A DNA stretch of 64,000 nt from Tubiluchus corallicola (taxonomy: Eukaryota; Animalia; Priapulida): assembly GCA_030141605.1 (NCBI GenBank), contig JAQGDQ010002366.1, positions 194,660 to 258,659 of the forward strand, read 5' to 3'. The notes beneath the pieces are model-generated. The model had not been told where the DNA came from. It did not search any database and saw nothing but the letters and a program-made list of their open reading frames with translations. Both the position numbers and the translations under genes were made by a program. This document shows positions 39,618-52,200 of the stretch, piece after piece. Within the stretch, counting starts at the first letter, position 1. Each line of letters opens with the position of its first letter.

Positions 39618-40790
39618 CAGTAGGTGCCATTTATTAAGCACACTGTTAATAGGATCAGTCGCTTAACTAACTCAAAAACACAGGCTGCTTCTATTCAAAT
39701 GTATATAAAAACTAACGGTAATTGACTCACATAACTCCGCATGACTGACTCAATATTTTGCTTCACACCCTTAAAGTAAGACATTGTGTGTGACCAATAA
39801 GCTTTTATAGCTTTTGCGTAGAAACAATAATGTTAAGTGCCATTTTGTTTGTAAGCAAGAACGTCTGTCATGCGCATATGGGCTAGCCTAGCGGTTTTGC
39901 TGTGACTGGCCCATCCGCTGCAATTAACCGCCTTACCCAAGAATTTCTGGAAGCTAAACATTTAATTACTTGTCTAGCAGTTTACTTTTGAGACTCTCTC
40001 TGCCTTTCACAGAATGTTTAATCGATTAGCTGTTGCTGTTATCCAAGGGATAACGGTAGTGTATACAATAAAGTGTTGCAAAGTTGTTGGTAGATTACTG
40101 TACAAACTCGAATGCTTGGATGGCAGCTGTGTTATTTAATGAATGGTTAGCGAAATAGAAGCCGGGCTTAAAGTGGAAAATCACTGTACCCATGTACTTC
40201 ATTAAAACAGTGGATTAAAAGAAATGTGGTCAAGAGTTTTAGAAGCGATAGATTCCTATGACGTAACTTCTTAGTTAAGCGCAAATGACCTGGCTAAAAA
40301 ACCTGCCTTCTCAATTCACTGAATTTATTGGCTGTCCTTGAGTAATGTCACTGAACACACGATTCAGAACTGCCTCACTTCACTCGCCAACAACTGCAGT
40401 TTCAGCAGGCCAAGCACTAAGTATTTTAACGGAATGTGTGCATCACCTAGCAACAGATTTTCAACATTTTTATCATTATGAGGACTTTGCAACCCGACTT
40501 CTTCGCAAAAAATGAAGCAGCCAACCTTGAAGGAGTTTTTGTAAATAAACAGATTTGTGTGATTTAGAAAAGAAAACTTTTTTATTAATTCACTTTGTAA
40601 ATTTATATTTTTAAATAACTGGATAGGAATTTAGGCATTACTTTGCTTTCTGAAATTCATTAAAAGCCTTTGCAGTGCATACTAAACTGATGATTCATGC
40701 TTCTGTACTAGTAATACTACTTCTGTCAGTTAATAGATTCAGTCTGTTAATTGGGTCAAAATACGTGGGTCCCAAAGTGACTACCTACTG
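39618..40790 (+). mobile_element. Tigger/pogo-like family A, copy 3
   Basis: TA + CAGTAGGTGCCATTT…CCTACTG + TA; body colinear with 3692-5045. Confidence 0.85.
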
Positions 40791-41339
40791 TAGCTGAGAA
40801 CAGTACAAAAACAGTAACTATTAGCATGGTAACTAAATTCATTTGTGATATCTTTACAATGAGAGATGCACTTGATTCCTTAAAATAACAAAACTGAGTG
40901 TGTACATTATTATTCTGTTAAATGATGATTTAGGAACATTATTGCTATGTACACTGTACAACATTGCTGTAATTTTGTAATAAATGAAAATTTGATACAA
41001 AGTTTAGCTGGCTGGAGTATAGCTAATATAGTTTTTTGTATGGGAAAGTTTAATTTAGAATCACATGTTTAGCTAGTTCAAATACTTCTACTAGTTCAGC
41101 TTCAGGCTGACTCATATACATTAAATTTCACAAATTTTAGAAATACATATCCTTTTAAAATTACAGTAAGTCTTTGCTTAACAATGCTGTTGCATTTCCT
41201 GTGTTCCAATTTATTTTTTATAGTCACCTGACACTTGTGTCACATTTGCTTGTCTATTCACAATTTTTCGCACGAGTGCCTAAAACTTGCTACTTCATAG
41301 ACATTATTTACAATCTTTTGCACCATAGCTTAACATTTT

Positions 41340-42540
41340 TATTTTGATAGCTGATGTAATGTTCTTTCTTCGTTACTGCTGACTGGGGTGAATTGTCCTA
41401 TAGGGTAGTCATTAAAACTGACATTGTTATGTTTGTCATACAGAGTTTTGTCCTTAAAAGTTTCACTAGTAGTGTTAAGATTCAGCATTGAAGCTGCTAT
41501 GTTAGTCTCACCTTCTCGATTTAACTCCACTTCTTAGTTTTACGTGGCAGTAATGATATTTGAGAGTGTTATAAAAGTTGCCCAAAAATAGCACGTCATC
41601 AATAAAGCAGAGATGTCTAGATAATTCTCTGCATATGCCACACTTTGTCCAGTTTTCTTCTTTAATTTAAATTCATAGTACTTAGTAGTTTATTGACTAT
41701 AAATGCTGGTATATGCCTTTTTAGGCTATCTTTGTTTACTTGTATATTATTCACGTCTTCCATTCCTCTCCTGTAAAGATAAACTAACACCCTCTATCGT
41801 ACATCAGCTATTTGTTGCTGATTTGCATTAGGGTCCATAATAATGCATCCAGTGTCATCTAGTTTCTTGGTCTATACAGCTAAGTTTCAAGATAGTGGCA
41901 AACACGTGCGATACTGTATCACACCTGCTGATTACAGGAGCAACAGTAATGGAATGGCACCCCCACCCAAACTTCTACAAATATTACAATGTCCCATACT
42001 ACCTTTGTGCAGCAGAATGTAATTCTCCTTGTGTCTTTGCCGTTTTTGTATTGTTCTGTAAAGCTATATCATGCAACAACTCGCCCCACCTGGTCTATTG
42101 TGATCGATTGACTCTCATCCAGCTATTTAGGAGCCTTTCGGTAAAGGTTTGGTCTAACTAAAATATCATTTATGTTAATGATCAAGTTCTTCTACTAGAC
42201 AGTTGTGTCATGCTAATTCTGTTGTATATGGCAGTAAGATGTGCACCTTTTCTGCTGATAGCTCAGCTACCTTGACTTTTGCCACTGAAGTCACCTATGT
42301 GTCATACGTTGCATCTGCTAATATGACTTTGATACCAATGAGGAATTGTGCTGGGTGTGAGTAACCAATTCCAGTGATCACCGTTCCTATCAGACGTTAA
42401 ATCATAATTTCCTTCTAGGATCAATTGTTTAGAAGCAATCGATTTTTGACCTCCATAGGCACCATCTAGAAAGGAAATGATATTTATGGACACTGATGAC
42501 ATGCATGGTCAATCTGTAACTGATTTTCATTTCTATTACA
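41340..42540 (-). mobile_element. Probable decayed LINE fragment (endonuclease/linker region)
   Basis: QLILEGNYD (GDFN-like) and FTPVSSNEE…L linker-type peptides; very degraded. Confidence 0.35.
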
Positions 42541-43125
42541 AGTACTGGTAATGAAAAATCAATTATAGTGACCCATTTTTAACAAAAGTGAAGCCATGAT
42601 GTTCCTAATTACGTCATTATAATATTTGACGTTATCATGAAACTTGCAAAAATGCTGTCGTTTTCACCTATGACCCAGGAAGTGCCATCTTGGATTTATG
42701 CATATATTTCAAAAGTAGCAAAGCCGATTTTGGCAGATTTTTTTTGTTGTGGGTACCTGAAACTACATTCTAATCTAACAGAATCTGAAGAGAAAAATTC
42801 TATTGCAATTTGTTCTAGATACCCTCTTACTAGGAATTCTCTCCACCCACTCACTATGAAGCACGTTTTTGATTGGAAAATTTGGAATGTTCAGTATCTT
42901 TTTTTGCACTTTTTGAAAACAATTGCTCATTGTTAGAATTCTTAGGAATTGATCATAGAACAAATACTTAGTTTTGCTTCATTTTTAGCAAAAAGGCAAT
43001 CATGTTATCTAGTGCATACTTTCCTCCTTTGTTGGCTTATCTTTGTAATTATATCATGGTTGTATTTTTTCTATTCAGATGTTTTGCCATATAACCTTAA
43101 ATGTATCTAAGGATCTAACAGGATC

Positions 43126-43239
43126 ATGTCACAGTCCTACAACAATGATATGGGATTTCTAAATGATTCTAACGATGCGGACGAGAAGGAGGAAGAAGAC
43201 AGGCATGATTTTGAAGAGATGATAACTCCAGACAGATTG
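43126..43239 (+). CDS. LRRC56: LRRC56 first coding exon (MSQSYNND…EEMITPDRL)
   Basis: Resembles EEYLSPARL; donor gtaagc, phase 0. Confidence 0.75.
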
Positions 43240-46200
43240 GTAAGCTGTAGTTAAAGATTTGAGGGAATGAGAGACAGCTAACGGCTGTCTAAATTTCGTT
43301 ATTCCTACCATGCAGAGTCACATTGATGCATCCTTGCAAGCGCATAACTTAGCCTTTTCATGTTTTTGGTCAGCTTAAGGATTTCAATTTTTCAAAGTAT
43401 GACGAATTTGTGAAACAGCACACAAGAAACAAAAAATGTCTACAAAACAAAATTTATTGCAGTTGTGATACAGGCTGCCTTTTTCCTCACTCATTGACTC
43501 ATTTTCACGAGTCAAGCAATACTTATTTCGTAAAACATCATTTTCTGTTTTTTTGTTTTTCTCTTATAATTCCTTGTTTTCTGTTTTGGGTTCTTCCTGG
43601 TGATCTGCATTAAGCTTGAGGTCTTGTTTTTTTTTATGAGTGCATCTGTTGTAAAACCTTTTGTCAGGGGCGCCGTGCACCAAAAAAAATTGGGGGGGCC
43701 CGACTGTATATAATGGCGGAACTTAACTGTTTAAAAAACGTATAATTTTGAATTCCCACACAGTATTTTGCGTGCAAGAAAAACAATTTATTTATTCCCA
43801 ACTGGCATTTAACTTAAAGCTATAGCAACGGAAACTTAATTAAAATTAAATTAAAATTTAATTAAGTATTTATTAGCTGTCAGGAATCCAAAGATACGGC
43901 GAAAAGACGACTACCAAAACATATGTACCTTTAACTTAATATTTTTAATAATTACTAAACTTTTTATTCCGAGGCAAGATGAAGATGTTGAACTAACAAC
44001 AAACGTTATTTTTAAATGATTCAGCAGCACAAGTCAAAGCCAACAACATAACATGAATACGTTACAGGATGACTATAGGGGTATAGTAGAAAAGCAATGA
44101 CAGGTATTACACCAAGATAAAGCAAAGAGGTTAAAGCGTAAAAAGCGATATACAGCGACACAATTTTTATTTTCTTGTCTATTTTCTCACCTATAATATG
44201 TGTCTGCAACATGCAGACAATGTTTGACTGATCCAGATTTGAATCATGGACCTCGTTAATCAACTCACTTAGAATGAGAGTAAATACCACACTTTAATGT
44301 ATATCGGGATACATCTATCAAATGCAAGCTCATTAGATTGGGTTGTTACTTGCACCCGATATTTGCAACGCATGATCCACGCCGATACTAGCCAGAGCTC
44401 GGGTGGGCATTTAGTAGGATATTTCTGTACGTGTTTCTGCCGTGCACCCCAATGCTCTCAGCTATTTCTTGTGCAATCTTCCAGTACTTTTCGAAGTCAT
44501 TCACCGTTCGCTTTGCTGCAGTCTCTTTAATTAAGGCTTGAATGAGAGCCACTGCTGATGGCACATTGAGTTCTTTGCTCTGTAGTGCTTTGGAAACAAT
44601 CTGCGACATTCCCAGCAGATCAGTCATGATTGATAAACACAGACAAAATTCATAATTTATTGATTTTAGGAGGGAGAATGCCTCTCCGGCAGTTTTTCGA
44701 TCATATGATGGTCCTTCGGTAAAGGATTCCAATGTCATGACTACACCAATCAGATTGTCCTTGAGAGCCTTGCAGTTGTCGACGCGAGATGACCACCGAG
44801 TTGCTCAAAATTATGCCCATTTATGCAGCAAACTCGTGGGAAAGAGTCGCTAAGGAGTAGCAAAGAGTCGGTAATGTCCAATCAGGAGGTGGCTCATCAA
44901 TTTGTATCTCCCAAACCGACTCTCTGGTACTAGGCTAGCTCAACATGACTTCAATATTTGCATTGTTTTTGCTCTATTATTTCACTTGTTCACTATTATA
45001 ACACACTGCTGAACGAAGCTCGAGTGCTAACTGAGCCGTTTTGTTAACTAACAGTCTTTTGTGCAAAGACGCTAATGCTACTCAACGAGCTGCTTTGTTA
45101 ACTGTTCCTGCCTGCCTCCTGAATAGATACATGCAAACAAATTAACTACATCCTGACTTATAGGTAAACACATCTGGTCAGGCACGTATTAACAGTCAGA
45201 ATAATTTAACTCGGCAACAAACTTTAACGATAAAAAATATTATTGGGCTACTGTACCGAAACGCTCATACTGTTCGCATTTATGGAGCGCTGGCCCGCTA
45301 TTGTGTGTCAAAAATTCAGAAATAAATTTGCTTACCGTTTGCCATTTTGACATTTTCTAAAAAATTGGGGGGGGGCCTATAGCACGACGCCACTGCCTTT
45401 TGTGTTGCAAAAACTACTATACATGGATGTTGCTGTAAACTATATGTGTGACTATTTTGACACTACTCATTTTCTCTCCTTCATGTATTTTGCATTACAT
45501 GTAGAGAGAGCGTGTGACTAATTGCACATTGACACATTGTCATTCTGTTGTCATTTAGTGGCTATTTAGTGTCATGTAGTCATATTACAATTATAATGTC
45601 ATATATCATCACTTTTCTACATCTTGCATGCAGAAGCATGATTGTATTGGCATGTTAAATAAATATACTTGAATTACATGAAGAAGCACATAGCCCTTTA
45701 TTAAGCGACCATTTGTCAGAAGAACAATTTGGTCAAAAAACCATGTAAACATGCCTTCCAGTACTTTGTTGTTTGTTATTATACATATACAGTTCTTAAA
45801 AAATTACTTTATACATGTGAATTACATATGATTGCCTTTTTTTGTTCTCCTTTCAACTATTTTTGTTTTCAGAAAGTATTAACTGGAGTGGAAAACTTAA
45901 ATGATGCACATTTACTAGAAATGATAGTTGACTCGAAAAAGACACCTCTTGCGGGTCTAGGATATTATGTTCCAAATCTACATCAGCTTATACTTTCCAA
46001 TAGCAACTTACCTACAGTTAGGTAAGCTGAATCAGCTTCCTTTGTATTTATACATCGAGACAGCAGTGCGTTTTAGTAATCTGAGTATTTGCTCACTCAC
46101 TACTACTTTTGCACGAATGTGTCATTCTTGCTCATTACTGTAAGCAAGGAAGGGGACTATGGCTTCGTTGTCACGGTGTGTGTTTCTTAATCACAGTTAA

Positions 46201-49200
46201 GTGACAATGGGAGAAACTATGATTGGAGTGAACGATGAGGATTCATGAGTGAATCCACAATTACTGAATTCTTGAAAGCAAACTTGGCTATGATCTGAAA
46301 AGAAATCAGTTTTTTTTTACAACTCGGCAATTGTGGTTTCATTTGATCATTAGCCAGAGTTAAAGCTCTCAGTCTTAACTTTTAACAATTTCTTCCTGTG
46401 GTTTAAAAAATTCTTTTTTATCATCAACACAAGGATGCGACAGGTAAGAAAGTCATGTGTAGGCAGTTTTAGCCATACGATTCTCAAACTTGCACAAGAC
46501 ACCGTTGTTGCTTTAGTACTTGATGTTAGAGGACTCTCAATGATTAGTAATGTTCTGATTCTATGAGCAGTGAAATAATAAGTTGGCCCTACAGTTAAGT
46601 GTTAACATGTAGTGTGCTGAAGTACCAGAAATTACTTGATAAGCGTAAAAATGTTAACAATGGCCAAGCCAATCAGTGGTCAGTGATCAATGAACGAACA
46701 ATGGTGTTCGGTTGTCGTTGATGACTGCTGAAAGAGATTTGGTTGGCTAGTCATTAAGTTATTGATCAGCTCAGTAAACTGTTATGTCCATCACAAAATA
46801 AAAATTGCTGAATTCATAAGAAAATGTAAGTTAAAGTAGGAATTTAAAACTTACAGCAAAAGTTTTTGAAATGTTTACCATATTGTTACGATAAAATTAT
46901 TTACATGCTGTAACCATATTTCCTTGAATTGGCTGCATGATGAAATCCCACACTGAAGGAGCACCGGCCAAACGAATGCAGCATATAATGCCTTTAGTGC
47001 TGTTAGTATATTAGTCATTAATTCATATAATCCAGGAGGACTCTAAAGTGCCAATGATACATTTACATTTATTTTACCTTACTGGTAAAATTAATCTCAA
47101 AATCAAATAATTGATGAAGTTCCACAATTGGAATCATGTGGATAATCTCTTGCTGTGTAAAATAACTGATAAGACAAAACAGTTTCAAATCATTTTTGTG
47201 TCGGAACATTATTTACGTATTTTATCTGACTTGTGATAAATTGGTCAGCAATCATACAGCAATTTTTACAGGATTCAAAATTTTTACCCATCATTTTACA
47301 TCATTTATAGGTACTCCCACTAGCCACTAATTAAGTTTGTAACATATTATTTAATTATTAGACATTTTGTAGATAATAAAACATATGTTTCCGAGCGTAG
47401 GTCAAAATTAGGTATGGTCTGAAACATCCTGTTTTCCACTAAAGCACAAAAATGGGGCCTTAATCAGTTTAGTAGTAGTAAATTTCGATGTGGATTACTG
47501 TTCAAGAAGTCTAATTTGATAAGAATTGGAAGTTAAAGGAGGCAGCACTGCTACACCCCTCTCGAAGTTTTCGACTAAGTGTAATTAATAGGCCTATATA
47601 GTGTAGTTAGACATGGATTATTATGTCTAATCATTATCTGAAGATTTAGATTAAGAAAACTGTAGAAAATGAACATGACACATTTGAAATTTTACTCATC
47701 TGAATAAACTACAATGATGTAATTTTCCCTATTATCAATGTTTGTCATTTTGTGTGTATAAACTCTAATGATGTGTGTCACAGTGTCTCATATGTCATGT
47801 TGTAAGACCATCCAGGATCCAATGAACTCACTAGCATTTTACTCCAAATTAAAAAATAGATGTTGTCCTTTTTCAAAAAAAAACATGACAGAATTCAAAG
47901 TTTGTACTGCCGTTTGAATATAAAAATAGATAATGGGCAAAATTTGAAAATCTGAATACTTTAATAGCATAAGTTTATGATGCAGTAATATAATTTGATA
48001 ATGTACGTATTTTTAAACTCGCATTAAATTTTACTTTTCTTGTCCTTTAAAGATGTGGTAAGTAAAAGAAGTGTAAAGCAGAGTAGCTATTGTGATAACC
48101 TTGTAATATGTTCATCAAATTAAACACTACATTTTCAGGGACTTGGGAACATGTATGAAACAACTACAAGTGCTCTGGCTACCTCACTGCAATTTAACAG
48201 ATCTGGATGGTGCAAGTTCTTTCCCTCTATTGTCAGAGATTTTTGCTGCATACAATCATGTGAGCGACCTAACTCCACTCAGCTTTTTGATGAATTTGAA
48301 AATTTTAGACCTTGAAGGGTTAGTTTTTAAATTGAAATTTTTTGAAGTGATATAAGCTTCTTGATTTGCATTTGAAACTTCAAAAACAGTGAATTTGTTC
48401 TCTGTAAGCTTATGCACTTATTAATATTGTGTAGCTGTCCTATTATGGTCGTGTAAAAATTGCACTGTGCTGTGAAGTCAATGTGAAAGGCCTGTAATTT
48501 GATAACTTAACTACTGCAATGTGAGCCTATTATATTAAAGAATTTTTAAAGAAATTGGGTAGTTTATAGTCGAAGGAAACTACTTCCTGCTCTACATTAA
48601 TTATTATAAATAATTTTGCATTTGTTCACCTGCCCAAGCACCAGTCATCTGTTAGATTCTGCTATCAGGTCTTGTTAAGTGTTTACCACCTTGCTTTATG
48701 GCACTTCTGCTTTTATTCCGAGTCCAGAGTAGTACTTGGAATTCAGCAGGGTTATAGTTAAGAAAAGCTTTTCAACCTCGTATAATTCGCTACTGATATT
48801 CTTGCAAAACAAAACACTGGTGGCTTATGGTCTTTGTGTGTTGTTTTACATAGATTGTCAGTTTGCTTTTTGGTCATTTGAAAGGCGCTTTTCACATATA
48901 AAGTCACATCTGCCACGATGCATATCACCACGTAGTGCAGGGTGGTAATGCCTTAAAAGACTGGCCCATCATTGAGGAAGAAATGTCAGGTACATGAGCT
49001 GCCATGGATGTGCATTAGGGATGGTCCCTGCAGTTATTTTAGTTACTGCCTTGATCATCATACGCTTCATTATGTCGAGGGCTAAAATGATATAAGCATC
49101 TTTTCTAAGGACAATACAAAAACCAGTGAATAAAGAATTAGTTTGGGGTGAAAGCTAGTGTCTGTCATCTTTCATCATAAAATATATCGTATTAACATTG

Positions 49201-52200
49201 AGCGGGTAGTTTAGTTCCGGGGATTTATCTTTAATCATTCGTATATGTCGACGGTTTACTAGAATATATCCTATTGTTTTGTCCTGGGTATTTGTAAAAA
49301 TAGGACATCATACACTGTTAATCTCCATTCCAAAATGTAACTAAATTGCTGTGGATGAGCAGCCATATTACACAAGAGCATTTACACAACTATGTGCGGA
49401 GTAAACAGTTTAAATACCAAGTGTCCCCTTCCAAATAGATCACCAAACAACTGCACTACATCTGGGGAGTAATGAATATATGTGCTTGATGTCTAATGTG
49501 TAATGTCTAGTTTTGCTAAACTTGAGTTATTACCCAGCAGACAATTTCTTTGGACCATAACTCTGATCTCAGTAAGAGTTAGTGTAATTTTAATGTGACT
49601 ACATATGATATGCATCCACAGCGCCATTTACTCTGCCGAGAATTTTTCTCTGTGCTGTGTGTGCACCAAATTCATTATTATTTTAAAAGTGTTTCAATGT
49701 TTTAATTACATATGATATTTTGTTAACAGCTCGAGCTTTGTTATGACAAATTGCACTAGATAGTATAGTAACACTTTTAATAAAACATATTGTAAAGTTT
49801 CATTTTTTTGTTTTAGGAATGATTTACACGACATCATACAAGTAGAGTTTTTGACTATGTGCAAAAAGCTGAAGAATCTAATTCTTGAAGGAAATCCTAT
49901 ATGCACTGTTCCTGGCATTGGTTTTCAGGTATTTCTTTACTACTTTTAGAAAGAAGGAGTGGGAGAAAGAGGTAGGGAGGGAAGGAGAAAGAGAGATAGA
50001 GAGAGAGAGAGAGAGAGGGGGGGCAGTGAGGCAGAGAGACAGTGGCATAGCTAGAGGCGCCCGGGGTGGCACACGAGTTTGCTGCCCACCCCATCTTATC
50101 AAACCTAACATTATTCTGTTACTTTGTCTGGGTTAATTACCATAAGTAACTGTTTTTGATTACATAGTAACCAACAAAATCACCATTTCATCAAAAAAAC
50201 AAAAAATTGTATTAATAATCTCTACTTTAACATTTTGAATTGTTTATAGCTGAGAATTATAACTGCACCTGTAAAACAAATTTGCTCAAGCACATGAACG
50301 GATGTGTTTGTATTGCACGGTAACCAGATGACACCATTTTTCGTTCAAAATGAGGAAGCACAAGCGCGAAGTGGTTGTCCCAATTAAATTGACTTCACTA
50401 ATTACGTGAAGCATTTAGCACATAATTTTATTCCTGAAACTTTCTAATATTCAAATAAATTCAGCTTCCCGAGAGACTTGGCTTTTCCTTTAAGTAGTGA
50501 TGAACCTGGCTAATAAATGAATTGGTGGCTGCTAGCTTTTTGAGAAAACTGCCTCCTGACCTGCCCAAACTATTCAGTGTTAGTTGTAGATTCCATATTT
50601 GAGTGCAGGATTCTTGCTTGTGGGGTGTGTATAAAAAACAAAGTTTTATATGCCTAGTACTCAAGAATACTTGCTAACGTCTGGAGACATCAGACAGTTC
50701 TAAGACTAAGGAGTTAGTGGGATTGCAAAAAAAAAGATGAAAATATTTATTCACTTGTACTTGATCTTTTGTAGGGGGATAATTATATCTACCGTCAGGC
50801 AATTCTAAAAATGCTTCCATGGCTGAAGTTCTTAGACGACCAACTTGTAGAAATGGTGACACAAACACAGCAACCAGAAAAAAACTTGTCAGTTGAAAAA
50901 GATATAGTGCAAGAGTCCATAAAGGAACTGATCATTAGAGAAATACCAAGACGTAAGAATTAAAATGGACGCTTCACAAATGCTGTAAACTGCTACATAG
51001 AATACACTGGTCCTTGTACTGATGCTCTTTATTTTCATTACAAATTGATACAGATCAAAGTTCGACCCTGAATTCTTGATTTTTAGAAACCTAGCTTTCA
51101 GGATCAAATACATTCTTTATTTTATTTTTGGGCATTTCTTATCGTTTTTTTGCTATCTTCTTCTCTCCCAAGAATTAATTTTTAACCAAATTTCTAGCAA
51201 TAAAATTTTGTTAAGTTGACATTTTACAGCAAGCCATTTTTAACCCAAATCACATGCAAATGTATGCAGCATTTATTATAGGAGCACAGCTGATAATTGA
51301 CTGTAGAGCAGTGGTTCCCAGCCGGGGGTATGGGTACCCCCTGGGGGTACGCAACAGCAATGCCAGGGGTACGCAGAAGGTGTGTCAGATCGACACATTT
51401 TTTTCTTTCTGTAGCCGGTGAAAAGGGTAAAATACACCAAGTTGCAGCATCGCGATATTCTTTCTACAGGTTAGGCAATATTTCACAAACAATATTCCTG
51501 CGCAGTGTGCTAGAAAATACTTTTACCCGCCCACGAAAAGCTTATATTTTGTCGCTTTGTTTGTGCTGTATTTGGCTTTCGAGGTGTTGGTTCCATTTGT
51601 GACAGCATACAAATGTGAGCTAGGCTTCAGTGCAATGCTATATTTGAAGACGAAGGCAAGAAACCGTTTGGATTTGAGGAGCGACATGCGAGTCGCAATA
51701 TCAACAATTAAACCTGAAATCAAAAAACTTGTTGATAATCATCAAGAACAGCGTGCACATTAATTATGACTGCTGTGAAGATCGCGCTTCCTTGTATTGA
51801 TGTTTTCATATTCGAGAAAGTTGTTCAAATTACGTATTTCTTAATAATCAGTGATAAAATTCATGTTTTCAAAAAAAGTTAAAATAAAAAAATGTCGATA
51901 ATATTAATCGTTGTTTTCTGGAAACTGGTTTTTCAAACAATTTGTTGAAAAATATCAGGTGGGGGTACGCTGAAGATCGCCACATTTAGAAGGGGTACTT
52001 GGCAAGGAAAAGGTTGGGAACCACTGCTGTAGAGGAACTGAAACTGAATAATAACCAAGGTGGTCTGGTGCTGGAAAAGGAGAGTAGCAGACAAGCAGTT
52101 TTCTTAACTCAGTCAACAGTAAAGGCTATTTACAAAAATGAAAACAGCTACAGAGTGAAAAATTATCTAAAATGAGCAGAAGAAATACAACAGGAGAAAA

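Noticed and set aside
49878-50136. Overlapping ORFs with ER/SL repeats
   Set aside because: Translations of a (GA)n microsatellite and a transposon end within an LRRC56 intron.
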